Source: Acutalibacteraceae bacterium | GTDB taxonomy: Bacteria > Bacillota > Clostridia > Oscillospirales > Acutalibacteraceae | Direction of reading: 5' to 3' | DNA length: 33,134 bases | Assembly: GCA_045611905.1 (NCBI GenBank) | Contig: JAZKYB010000214.1 | Coordinates: forward strand, 1 to 33,134 | Shown: piece by piece, positions 16,119-24,608 of the stretch | Layout of the letters: the number at the start of each line of letters is the position of its first letter | Numbering within the stretch: position 1 is the stretch's first letter | The notes under the pieces: model-generated | What the model saw: only the letters and a program-made list of their open reading frames with translations | Databases searched by the model: none | What the model was told of the DNA's origin: nothing | Position numbers and translations under genes: made by a program

Positions 16119-17087
16119 ATGAATATACTTGAAATTAACAACTTAACAACCAAACTTGCAACTGACAGGGGCGTTATAACTGCAGTTGATAATGTAAGTT
16201 TACAACTTAAAAAGGGTGAAATTTTAGGTCTTGTTGGCGAATCAGGTTGCGGTAAAAGTATGACGGCAATGTCAATTATGCAGTTGCTTTCTAAAAAACA
16301 GTCAAAAATAGAGGGTGAAATTCTTTTTGACGGCAAAGATTTATTAAATATGACCGAAAAAGAATTAAACGAAGTACGCGGTAATAAAATTGCTATGATT
16401 TTCCAAGATGTTATGACTTCGCTTAACCCATTGCTTACCATAGGTCAACAGATAATGGAGCCCTTAATGGTGCATAAGCGTATGACTAAAGTTGAAGCCA
16501 GAAAGGAAGCAATTTCGCTTTTAGAGGCAGTCGGTATTCCAATGCCCGAAAAAAGAGTTGACGAATATCCAAGTTCGTTTTCAGGCGGTATGCGCCAGCG
16601 TGTTATGATAGCAATTGCGCTTTCCTGCACACCCGAAATTCTTATTGCGGATGAGCCAACAACCGCACTCGATGTTACAATTCAAGCACAAATACTTGAA
16701 CTTATGAAAAAAATCCGTGAAAAATACGGCACTTCTATAATAATGATTTCGCACGACCTTGGTGTAATTTCTGAAATGTGTGACCGTGCAGTTGTTATGT
16801 ACTGCGGTAATATTGTAGAAGAAGGCAGCATAAAGCAAATTTTTGAAAATCCCACCCACCCTTACACAAAGGGGCTTTTAAAAAGCATTCCCGTGCTTGA
16901 TAAAAAGGTAGATGAGCTTTACAGTATACCCGGTGTGGTGCCTCCGCTTTACAACTTGCCAAACGGATGCAAATTTGCTGACAGGTGCGCTTACAGGTGT
17001 GATGATTGTGTAAAGCAGTTGCCAAAACTTAAAAAAGTTGATGACGGTCATTATGTAAGATGTATAGGAGGGGAAAGTGTTGAATAA
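16119..17087 (+). CDS. ABC transporter ATP-binding protein (OppD/DppD type)
   Basis: Walker A GESGCGKS, signature FSGGMRQR, Walker B ILIADEPTTALD, and C-terminal oligo_HPY extension HPYTKGLL...CKFADRCAYRCDDC. Confidence 0.9.
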   Translation: MNILEINNLTTKLATDRGVITAVDNVSLQLKKGEILGLVGESGCGKSMTAMSIMQLLSKKQSKIEGEILFDGKDLLNMTEKELNEVRGNKIAMIFQDVMTSLNPLLTIGQQIMEPLMVHKRMTKVEARKEAISLLEAVGIPMPEKRVDEYPSSFSGGMRQRVMIAIALSCTPEILIADEPTTALDVTIQAQILELMKKIREKYGTSIIMISHDLGVISEMCDRAVVMYCGNIVEEGSIKQIFENPTHPYTKGLLKSIPVLDKKVDELYSIPGVVPPLYNLPNGCKFADRCAYRCDDCVKQLPKLKKVDDGHYVRCIGGESVE

Positions 17088-18042
17088 TCCACTTATAAAG
17101 CTTAAAAATGTTAAAGTGCATTTTCCTCAAAACAAGGGCTTTGAAAAAGGTTATCTTCGTGCGGTTGACGGCATAACCTTTGATATTTACCCGGGTGAAA
17201 CAGTTGGCCTTGTTGGTGAATCGGGCTGTGGCAAATCCACACTTGGAAAAGCAGTTGTGGGTTTATACAGCACAACCGACGGCGAAATTTTATATCACGA
17301 TAAAAACATTGCAAATCTTAAAAAGCAAGACAAAAAGGATTATAGAAAAAATGTGCAAATGGTTTTCCAAGACCCTGCCGCTTCGCTTAATCCACGCCTT
17401 AAAATTATCGATATTGTTATGGAACCGCTTTTAAACAATGTTAAAATGTCAAAGGCAGAAAAGAAAGAACTTGCTTTAAAAATGATAGAAACCGTGGGCT
17501 TACCTAAGGATGCTGCCAATCGTTATCCACACGAATTTTCAGGCGGTCAGCAACAAAGAATAGGTATTGCACGAAGCTTGGTGTTAAACCCCGAATTTAT
17601 TGTTTGCGATGAAGCGGTTTCAGCATTGGACGTTTCGGTGCAGGCACAAATTCTTAATTTGCTTAAGGAACTTAAAAACAAATATAATCTCACATATCTT
17701 TTCATATCTCACAATTTATCGGTTATAAAGCATATGTGTGATAAAATTGTGGTTATGTATCTTGGCAGGGCGGTTGAAATTGGCACTGCCCAGCAAATTT
17801 TTGAAAACCCACTTCACCCTTACACAAAGGCGCTTATTTCAGCAATACCAATTGCCGGCAAAACCGAAAGAACAGACCGAATTGTGCTTTCGGGTGATTT
17901 GCCAAGCCCTACCGAAGAAATTATCGGTTGTCCCTTCCTTAACAGATGCTTTGAATGTGAAGAAAAATGTAACAACTTTAAATTCGATTTAATAGAAGTT
18001 GAAGAAGGGCATTTTGTAAGCTGTGCAAAAATGTTTAAATAA
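17077..18042 (+). CDS. ABC transporter ATP-binding protein (OppF/DppF type)
   Basis: Walker A GESGCGKST, signature FSGGQQQR, Walker B FIVCDEAVSALD, and C-terminal HPYTKALI...CPFLNRCFECEEKC. GTG start 5 nt after GGAGG, overlapping the previous gene by 11 nt. Confidence 0.9.
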   Translation: MLNNPLIKLKNVKVHFPQNKGFEKGYLRAVDGITFDIYPGETVGLVGESGCGKSTLGKAVVGLYSTTDGEILYHDKNIANLKKQDKKDYRKNVQMVFQDPAASLNPRLKIIDIVMEPLLNNVKMSKAEKKELALKMIETVGLPKDAANRYPHEFSGGQQQRIGIARSLVLNPEFIVCDEAVSALDVSVQAQILNLLKELKNKYNLTYLFISHNLSVIKHMCDKIVVMYLGRAVEIGTAQQIFENPLHPYTKALISAIPIAGKTERTDRIVLSGDLPSPTEEIIGCPFLNRCFECEEKCNNFKFDLIEVEEGHFVSCAKMFK

Positions 18043-18045
18043 TAA

Positions 18046-18073
18046 AAAGCACCAACCAAAAGGTTGGTGCTTT
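18046..18073. terminator. Bidirectional rho-independent terminator between convergent genes
   Basis: AAAGCACCAACC-AAAA-GGTTGGTGCTTT is a perfect 12-bp stem with A/T runs on both sides. It sits between the stops at 18042 (+) and 18075 (-). Confidence 0.8.
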
Positions 18074-18074
18074 G

Positions 18075-19022
18075 CTATTTAATTGTTATTTTATAAATTT
18101 CACGGCTATTTAAATTAAAATCGTGCATTGAAATTTTTGTAACGCTTTGGTTTTCATAGGTTGTGTAATAATAATTGCCGTTTTTGGTGTCGCAACAGCT
18201 GGTATAACGGGTATATTCAAATTCGCCCCGTTCGGTCAAGACACATCCTTTTGGCATTGCAACCGATGAAAGTATGTGAAAAAATTGGATAACCGCTTCA
18301 TTACTTTTAAGGTTTTTTTGTGAATTTTCTTTCACAAACACAGTTTTAACAAAGCGTGAGGGGGAAGAAAAATCGCCCGGTAAACCCACGGCGCCAAGCC
18401 CTAAAGAAAAATTGTGTGGGTTAAAGTTTTTAATAAGTTTATTTTCGGCATCGCCGTTGTGAAGTGCGGCATAATTTTGCAAATTAAGCAAGTGCCAGTC
18501 GAAAGTTGGGTTATTTGTAAGCACACCCACAGGGTTTTCATAAACCTTAATCCCAGTTTTAAGTGGTTCGACCGTTATTGATTTTTCATTGTCACAAATA
18601 AAAAAATGTAATGGTGACAAGGGCAAATTATCGCTGAAATTAATGTTGACCAAGTTTATATTTTTTAAAAGTTTTACAGCCGAGTCAACATTTTCGCAGG
18701 TGCTTAAAATATATGGTATAAATTCAAACGGTGTGATATTATTCACACCGTTTTGTTTGTTGTTATAGTGGGCGTTTTTGGGGAAATTAAGCCCCGCCAC
18801 ACTTAGCCCTTTTTCATTTGTCGCTTCATAATAAAGCGGAACGCCGTCTATAACGGTTGCCATACCAATAATGGCAAAGTGTGTGGCAATATCATGGACA
18901 CACCGCATTTTAAATAAAAAATTTCGCGGTGTAATTACAACACTTTCGTTATACGAACAGTCTAAATCTAAATTGCGGCCAAAAAAATGGTTTTCGGCGT
19001 TAAAGCTAATTGCGGTGCACAT
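18075..19022 (-). CDS. Choloylglycine (bile salt) hydrolase family Ntn-hydrolase
   Basis: MCTAISFNAENHFFGRNLDLDCSYNESVVITPRNF has the nucleophile Cys2 and the FGRN(L/M)D block, closely paralleling known conjugated bile acid hydrolases. 315 aa. Confidence 0.85.
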   Translation of the reverse strand: MCTAISFNAENHFFGRNLDLDCSYNESVVITPRNFLFKMRCVHDIATHFAIIGMATVIDGVPLYYEATNEKGLSVAGLNFPKNAHYNNKQNGVNNITPFEFIPYILSTCENVDSAVKLLKNINLVNINFSDNLPLSPLHFFICDNEKSITVEPLKTGIKVYENPVGVLTNNPTFDWHLLNLQNYAALHNGDAENKLIKNFNPHNFSLGLGAVGLPGDFSSPSRFVKTVFVKENSQKNLKSNEAVIQFFHILSSVAMPKGCVLTERGEFEYTRYTSCCDTKNGNYYYTTYENQSVTKISMHDFNLNSREIYKITIK

Positions 19023-19056
19023 TTAAAAAATCATCTCCGCAATTAGTGTGCCCAAT

Positions 19057-19572
19057 TTATAAAAATTTCTTTCTTAAAGGTTTAGAAATATAATATGCTA
19101 AAATGCAAAGCGGTATATCTTTAAGTAAGAAGGGAATTGAAACAAGAAGAGCGCTTTTTGAAAAATCATTTCCCGAAAGTGCAGAATATTGCAAAATACC
19201 AATTACATGGCAAGCAATTACACCCATTATACCTGATAAAATTTTCAAATGGTCGGTTTTAAAGAGGTGCGCCACACCGCAGCAACAAACAAGGGGAAGA
19301 AAACCAATTATAAAACCGCCTGTGTAAGAAAGTATATGTTGTGGGCCGCCTTGGAAATTGCAAAAAACCGGAACACCCATAAGACCAGCTAAAATATAGC
19401 ATGCAACCGAAAGTGATGAATATCTTAAATGCAAGAAATAACCGCAAAGGCAAATTATAAAAACCTGCAATGAAGCAGGAACAATGCCAATAGGAATTGC
19501 AAGCTGAGCAAACACGGCAATAACTGCGGTGAATAATGCAGCAAAAGTTAAATGTTTAAGATTGTGTTTCAT
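19057..19572 (-). CDS. bioY: Biotin transporter S-component BioY
   Basis: 171 aa with about 6 TM segments. AALFTAVIAVFAQLAIPIGIVPASLQVF...GGFIIGFLP is typical of BioY. Confidence 0.8.
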   Translation of the reverse strand: MKHNLKHLTFAALFTAVIAVFAQLAIPIGIVPASLQVFIICLCGYFLHLRYSSLSVACYILAGLMGVPVFCNFQGGPQHILSYTGGFIIGFLPLVCCCGVAHLFKTDHLKILSGIMGVIACHVIGILQYSALSGNDFSKSALLVSIPFLLKDIPLCILAYYISKPLRKKFL

Positions 19573-19659
19573 TTCAAACCTCGTTTTTGGAAAATATTAT
19601 ATAAATATTATAAAATTTTACCCGAAGAATGTCAACGGCTTTATTTAAAACTTAATATG

Positions 19660-19688
19660 TTGCAATTTGTTTTTTAAAATAGTATAAT
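19660..19688 (+). promoter_or_regulatory. Near-consensus sigma-A promoter for the MFS/GDPD pair
   Basis: TTGCAA (19660-19665), a 17-nt spacer, then TATAAT (19683-19688), 30 nt upstream of ATG 19719. Confidence 0.5.
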
Positions 19689-19718
19689 ATTGGTAAATAA
19701 TAATTTGGGAGAAAAATT

Positions 19719-21038
19719 ATGAAACTAAATAATAAACGAACTTTTCTTGTTGGTTTTGCCTTTTTGTCAATTTGTGCTTTTTGGCAACTTTATGACAATT
19801 TGGTGCCAAAAATATTAACCGAAACCTTTAATATTGGCGAAAGCGTTTCGGGTGTTATTATGGCTGCCGACAATGTTTTGGCGCTTTTCCTTTTGCCGCT
19901 TTTTGGCGGTCTTTCAGACAAATGCAAAAGTCGTCTTGGCCGCAGACGACCATTTATATTGTTTGGCACACTTGTTGCTGTGGCACTTATGATGTTACTT
20001 CCCATTTTAACTGACAGTTTCCATTCTTCACCTGCAAGCTGGAAAACCGTTACTTTCATTATTGCGCTTGGCATTTTGCTTATCGCAATGGGCACATACC
20101 GCAGCCCTGCAGTCGCTTTAATGCCCGACGTTACACCCAAGCCCTTGCGTAGTAAAGCAAATGCAATTATAAACCTTATGGGTGCAGTTGGCGGTATAAT
20201 TTATCTTATACTCACCACATTTTTATATAAAACCAATTCAGAAGTTTATGTTTCTTATTTGCCATTATTTATAATTGTTGGTGGCATAATGCTTTTAGCA
20301 CTTATTGTTCTTTTGCTTTTTGTAAACGAACCAAAGCTTGCAATAGAACAAAAAGCGTATGAAGATGCACACCCTGAAGAAAATTTGGCCGAAACCACCG
20401 AAAGTGGCGAAAAATTGCCCAAGGATGTTAAGAAAAGCTTGACCTTCTTGCTTGTTTCAATAGCACTTTGGTTTATCGGTTATAACGGTGTTACAACTTG
20501 GTTTTCGGTTTATGCAACAAAAACCTGGTCAATGACACTTGGTCAAGCCAATACCTGTCTTACCATAGCAACAGCAGGCGCTATCGTAAGTTATATTCCT
20601 ATTGGCAGCATTGCAAGTAAAATTGGCCGCCGAAAAACAATTCGTTTTGGCACGCTTTTGTTGTCATCCAGCTTTGGCGCAGCGTTTGTATACACAATGC
20701 TTTCGAACAAGTTTAGCCCCATTTTGTATTTATTATTCATTTTAGTTGGTGTTGCGTGGGCGGCAATAAATGTAAATTCACTTCCAATGGTTGTTGAAAT
20801 GTGCAAGGGCAGTGAGGTTGGCAAATTTACTGGGCTTTATTATACATTTTCAATGTCGGCACAAATTGCCACCCCAATTATTGCGGGTTGGTTGCTTGAA
20901 AATGTTAACTATAAAACCCTTTTCCCATACGCTACCATATTTGTGTTTGCATCGTTTATTACTATGATGTTTGTTAAACATGGTGATAATAAAATCGAAG
21001 CCAAAAAAGGTATCGAGGCCTTTGATGTGGAGGATTAG
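19719..21038 (+). CDS. MFS transporter (GPH/SLC45-like)
   Basis: 12 predicted TM segments. The motif GGLSDKCKSRLGRRRPFILFGT sits after TM2, and there is a central hydrophilic loop. Confidence 0.75.
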   Translation: MKLNNKRTFLVGFAFLSICAFWQLYDNLVPKILTETFNIGESVSGVIMAADNVLALFLLPLFGGLSDKCKSRLGRRRPFILFGTLVAVALMMLLPILTDSFHSSPASWKTVTFIIALGILLIAMGTYRSPAVALMPDVTPKPLRSKANAIINLMGAVGGIIYLILTTFLYKTNSEVYVSYLPLFIIVGGIMLLALIVLLLFVNEPKLAIEQKAYEDAHPEENLAETTESGEKLPKDVKKSLTFLLVSIALWFIGYNGVTTWFSVYATKTWSMTLGQANTCLTIATAGAIVSYIPIGSIASKIGRRKTIRFGTLLLSSSFGAAFVYTMLSNKFSPILYLLFILVGVAWAAINVNSLPMVVEMCKGSEVGKFTGLYYTFSMSAQIATPIIAGWLLENVNYKTLFPYATIFVFASFITMMFVKHGDNKIEAKKGIEAFDVED

Positions 21039-21043
21039 TTAGT

Positions 21044-21850
21044 TTGTATATCGCAGCTTTAATAATTGTTTTAATTTTTGCTTTTTTTCTTTTTGCTGTG
21101 CGTGGCAGGGTTGGAAATGTTGACCTTGCAAAGCTTAAGGGGTTTGATTATGCCCACCGTGGCCTTCACGGCAATGGTGCTGCTGAAAATTCCATAACCG
21201 CTTTTGCCCGTGCCAAAGAAAATTGCTTTGGGGTTGAGCTTGACGTTCACCTTTTAAAAGACGGCAACCTTGCAGTTTTTCACGATTCGGACTTGACCCG
21301 AATTACAGGGCAAAAAGGAAATATTGAAGATTTAAATATAACTGACCTTAAAAATTATTACCTTGAAAACACAGGGGACACAATACCATCTTTTGATGAA
21401 GTGTTGAAACTTTTTGATGGCGCCGTTCCGTTAATCGTTGAATTAAAACCCTTTAAAAATAACCACAACACACTGTGTGAAAAGGTAAGTGAAAAATTAG
21501 AACAATATAACGGCGTTTATTGCATTGAAAGCTTTGACCCAAGATGTGTTTATTGGTTCAAAAAACACAAACCCCAAGTTTTAAGGGGTCAGCTTGCTGA
21601 AAATTCGTTAAAAAGAAAATTAAAGATAAATGCAATTATTAGGTTTTTAATGACAAATAACCTTTTAAACTTTTTAACAAAACCCGATTTTGTGGCATAT
21701 AGAATTGAAGACCGAAAGGTTTTTTCAAACAAAATTTGTCAAAAGCTTTGGAAAATGCAAATGGTTGGTTGGACAATAAGAAACATAGAAGACCATAACG
21801 CCGCAAAGAAAGAAAATTGGCTTTCGATTTTCGAATATTTTATACCATAA
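21044..21850 (+). CDS. Membrane-anchored glycerophosphodiester phosphodiesterase family protein
   Basis: An N-terminal TM segment is followed by YAHRGLHG...ENSITAF...GVELDVHLLKDGNLAVFHDSDL, the GDPD catalytic H-R...E-x-D-x-H pattern. TTG start 10 nt after GGAGG. Confidence 0.8.
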   Translation: MYIAALIIVLIFAFFLFAVRGRVGNVDLAKLKGFDYAHRGLHGNGAAENSITAFARAKENCFGVELDVHLLKDGNLAVFHDSDLTRITGQKGNIEDLNITDLKNYYLENTGDTIPSFDEVLKLFDGAVPLIVELKPFKNNHNTLCEKVSEKLEQYNGVYCIESFDPRCVYWFKKHKPQVLRGQLAENSLKRKLKINAIIRFLMTNNLLNFLTKPDFVAYRIEDRKVFSNKICQKLWKMQMVGWTIRNIEDHNAAKKENWLSIFEYFIP

Positions 21851-21853
21851 TAA

Positions 21854-21885
21854 AAACGGAGATAACTTGAAAGTTATCTCCGTTT
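21854..21885. terminator. Bidirectional rho-independent terminator
   Basis: AAACGGAGATAACTT-GA-AAGTTATCTCCGTTT forms a 15-bp stem and is followed by TAATTTTTATTT. It lies between the convergent GDPD and ppa genes. Confidence 0.8.
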
Positions 21886-21890
21886 AATTT

Positions 21891-22424
21891 TTATTTGCAA
21901 AAGCATTCAATATAATGGTTTATTGACTGTTTAATTATTTTAATTGCCGCATCCCTGCCTTCTACTTCGTTTACGGCAGTTTCTTTGTTTTCAAGGTTTT
22001 TATAAACTGTAAAGAAGTGGCGCATTTCATCAAAAATGTGCTTGGGCAACTGGTCAATATCAGTATAGTGGTTATATGTTGGGTCGTTGCAGGGTATAGC
22101 AATAATTTTTTCGTCATTTCGGCCGTTGTCAATCATTGTAATAACACCAATGGGATATGCTTTAACAAGTGTTAACGGGTCAAGCGCTTTGCCGCATATC
22201 AAAAGCACATCTAATGGGTCGCCATCATCACCATAGGTGCGGGGAATAAAACCATAGTTTGCAGGGTAATGGGTTGAAGTGTATAAAATGCGGTCAAGCA
22301 TTATAAAGCCGGTTTCTTTGTCAAGTTCGTACTTTTTTTGGCTGCCCTTTGCAATTTCAATTACGCAAATAAATTCTTCAGGGGTTATGCGTTTTGGTGA
22401 AATATCGTGCCAAATGTTAGACAT
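21891..22424 (-). CDS. ppa: Inorganic pyrophosphatase, family I
   Basis: VIEIAKGSQKKYELDKETG...LDRILYTSTHYPANYGFIPRTYGDDGDPLDVLL contains the family I PPase signature D-[SG]-D-P-x-D. 177 aa. Confidence 0.9.
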   Translation of the reverse strand: MSNIWHDISPKRITPEEFICVIEIAKGSQKKYELDKETGFIMLDRILYTSTHYPANYGFIPRTYGDDGDPLDVLLICGKALDPLTLVKAYPIGVITMIDNGRNDEKIIAIPCNDPTYNHYTDIDQLPKHIFDEMRHFFTVYKNLENKETAVNEVEGRDAAIKIIKQSINHYIECFCK

Positions 22425-22443
22425 AAAAAATCATTCCTTTTTA

Positions 22444-23373
22444 TTAAAACTGAAAAAGTTCAGTGCTGAAATATCTTTCGCCTGTGTCAGGCAAAACAGT
22501 AACAACGGTTTTACCTTTGCCTAAAAGTTTTGCCATTCTAAGTGCGGCGGCAACATTTGTGCCACTTGAAATACCGCACAAAATACCTTCTTCACGAATA
22601 AGGCGCTTTGAAGTTTCAATGGCTTCGTCGTCGGTTACAATAGCGGTTTCGCTAAAAATTTCAAGGTTTAAATTTTCGGGTATAATGCCGTCGCCGATGC
22701 CCATTTGCAAGTGTGTGCCAATGCTTCCGCCCGACAAAATTGCAGCATTTTCAGGTTCTACCGCCCAAATTTTAATGTTTGGGTTATGCTCTTTTAAAAT
22801 TTCGCCAATGCCGGTTAATGTGCCGCCTGTGCCAACGCCCGAACAAAAACCGTCAATTTGGCAAGCAGCTTGTTCTAAAATTTCAACCGCTGTGGTGTTG
22901 CGGTGAATTTTGGGGTTGTCAGGGTTTATAAATTGTTGGGGCACCCAAACATTTTCGTTTTCTTCCTGCATTTTAAGTGCGGTTGCAAGGCATTGCTCTA
23001 TGCACTTGCCAATATCACCGTCGTCGTGAACTAAAACAAGGTCTGCACCATAAGCTTTTATAAGCTTGCGGCGTTCTTCACTTACTGAATCGGGCATTAT
23101 GATAACAACCTTATATCCCTTTACAGCACCGATAAGTGAAAGGCCAATGCCTTGGTTACCGCTTGTTGGTTCAACAATAATGGTGTCTTTGTTTATTTTG
23201 CCGCTTTTTTCAGCGCATTCAATCATGCTTAATGCGGTGCGGGTTTTAATCGAACCGCCAATATTCACACCCTCATATTTAACAAGCACCTGTGCGCTGT
23301 TTTCGGGCACGATTTTTTGAAGTCGTATAAGCGGTGTATTGCCAACCGCTTCTAAAACATTATTATAAACCAA
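22444..23373 (-). CDS. cysK: Cysteine synthase A (O-acetylserine sulfhydrylase), PLP-dependent
   Basis: AVGNTPLIRL...GGSIKTRTA...EPTSGNQGIGLS...GVGTGGTLTG. The start is set to TTG 23373. The track start at 23391 is the TTG of TTGAGGAGA, which is itself the Shine-Dalgarno sequence 9 nt upstream of 23373. Confidence 0.85.
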   Translation of the reverse strand: MVYNNVLEAVGNTPLIRLQKIVPENSAQVLVKYEGVNIGGSIKTRTALSMIECAEKSGKINKDTIIVEPTSGNQGIGLSLIGAVKGYKVVIIMPDSVSEERRKLIKAYGADLVLVHDDGDIGKCIEQCLATALKMQEENENVWVPQQFINPDNPKIHRNTTAVEILEQAACQIDGFCSGVGTGGTLTGIGEILKEHNPNIKIWAVEPENAAILSGGSIGTHLQMGIGDGIIPENLNLEIFSETAIVTDDEAIETSKRLIREEGILCGISSGTNVAAALRMAKLLGKGKTVVTVLPDTGERYFSTELFQF

Positions 23374-23407
23374 GTTTAAAAATCTCCTCAAATTAATATG
23401 TAGTTAT

Positions 23408-23436
23408 ATATTATCACACACAAACCAATTTTTCAA
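23408..23436 (-). promoter_or_regulatory. Candidate sigma-A promoter for cysK-ppa
   Basis: The minus strand reads TTGAAA (23431-23436), a 17-nt spacer, then TAATAT (23408-23413). Confidence 0.4.
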
Positions 23437-23495
23437 TTAAAGAATAAAATTAATTGTTACCTCTTTAATAAATTATGTGAAACCGGCGCAGTTTG

Positions 23496-24608
23496 TTAAA
23501 ATATTGCATTCCAAACAAGTGCAAAAAGGGTAAGCACGGCCAAAAAGCCAAAGTTAAAGGCCGAAAATGTAAGTATGTAATGTTTGAATTTTTTGGGGTT
23601 GTGGCTTGCATATTCACGGAAGGTTATAAGACTTGCAAGCGAAGCAATAAGCGTGCCTGCACCGCCAATGTTTACACCAACAAGTAAATCGGCATAGTTT
23701 TCGGTAAACTGCGAAAGCAACACGGCCGACGGCACATTGCTTATAATTTGGCAAGAAAAAACCGAAAACAGCAAGGTGCTTTTTGATAAAAGATAAGAAA
23801 AAGCGTCCCGCACGATATCGATTCGTGCCATATTTCCCGCGAAAATAAAGAAAAACACAAAGGTTAAAAGAAGCGGATAATCCACCGCCTTTAAGGCGGT
23901 TTTGTCCATAAAAATTAAAAATAACGGAACAACAATAAGCCCCGTCCAATAGGGAATCCACCGAAAAACAATTAAAATGCTGTAAGCAAATAAAATTAAA
24001 TATGTAAGTGTTTTTACAGGTGGCAAATTTACCTGTTGCCTTTTTAAAACAACTTTTTCGGGTTTTATAAAGGTTAGGCAGCAAATTGTTATTAAAATTA
24101 TTGCAACAACAAAGCAAGGTGCCATTATACCCATAAATTCGGCAGTATCAATTTTGAAAAAAGAATATAAATAAAGGTTTTGCGGGTTGCCAAAAGGGGT
24201 TAGCATACCGCCCAAGTTTGCGGCAATGTTTTGCAAAATAAAGGTAACTTCCATATATTTTTCCATCTTGGTGGTAGAAAGCACATAATAACCAAGTGGT
24301 AAAAATGTAAGAAGCGCCATATCGTTTGCAATAAGCATTGAACCGATAAAGGTTATATAAACAAGCATTAAAACGCAGGTTCTGATATTTCCGCCCGCTT
24401 CAACAATTTTGCGCGCCAAAATATAAAAAAAGCGTATGTTTTTTAAAGCGCAAACCACCGCCAAAACACAAAACAGGCAGGTCAGCGTTTTAAAGTCGAA
24501 ATACCCAACATAATTTTTGTCGGGTGGCACAAATAATGCGGTAATGATAGCGGCTATAAGCGCCACAGTCATTACAATGTTGTTTTTAAAAAATCTTAAA
24601 ACTGTCAT
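23496..24608 (-). CDS. Anion permease of the ArsB/NhaD/CitMHS (YbiR-like) superfamily
   Basis: 370 aa with about 10-11 TM segments. The overall pattern resembles YbiR/citrate-transporter-like permeases. The start codon directly abuts the stop of the upstream peptidase gene (24609). Confidence 0.55.
   Translation of the reverse strand: MTVLRFFKNNIVMTVALIAAIITALFVPPDKNYVGYFDFKTLTCLFCVLAVVCALKNIRFFYILARKIVEAGGNIRTCVLMLVYITFIGSMLIANDMALLTFLPLGYYVLSTTKMEKYMEVTFILQNIAANLGGMLTPFGNPQNLYLYSFFKIDTAEFMGIMAPCFVVAIILITICCLTFIKPEKVVLKRQQVNLPPVKTLTYLILFAYSILIVFRWIPYWTGLIVVPLFLIFMDKTALKAVDYPLLLTFVFFFIFAGNMARIDIVRDAFSYLLSKSTLLFSVFSCQIISNVPSAVLLSQFTENYADLLVGVNIGGAGTLIASLASLITFREYASHNPKKFKHYILTFSAFNFGFLAVLTLFALVWNAIF

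Noticed and set aside
19573-19718. BirA operator upstream of bioY
   Set aside because: The only dyad-like pair is TGTCAAC ... GTTGCAA. It is imperfect and separated by about 22 nt, which does not fit the spacing I expect for BirA sites. One half also coincides with the -35 box of the divergent MFS promoter.
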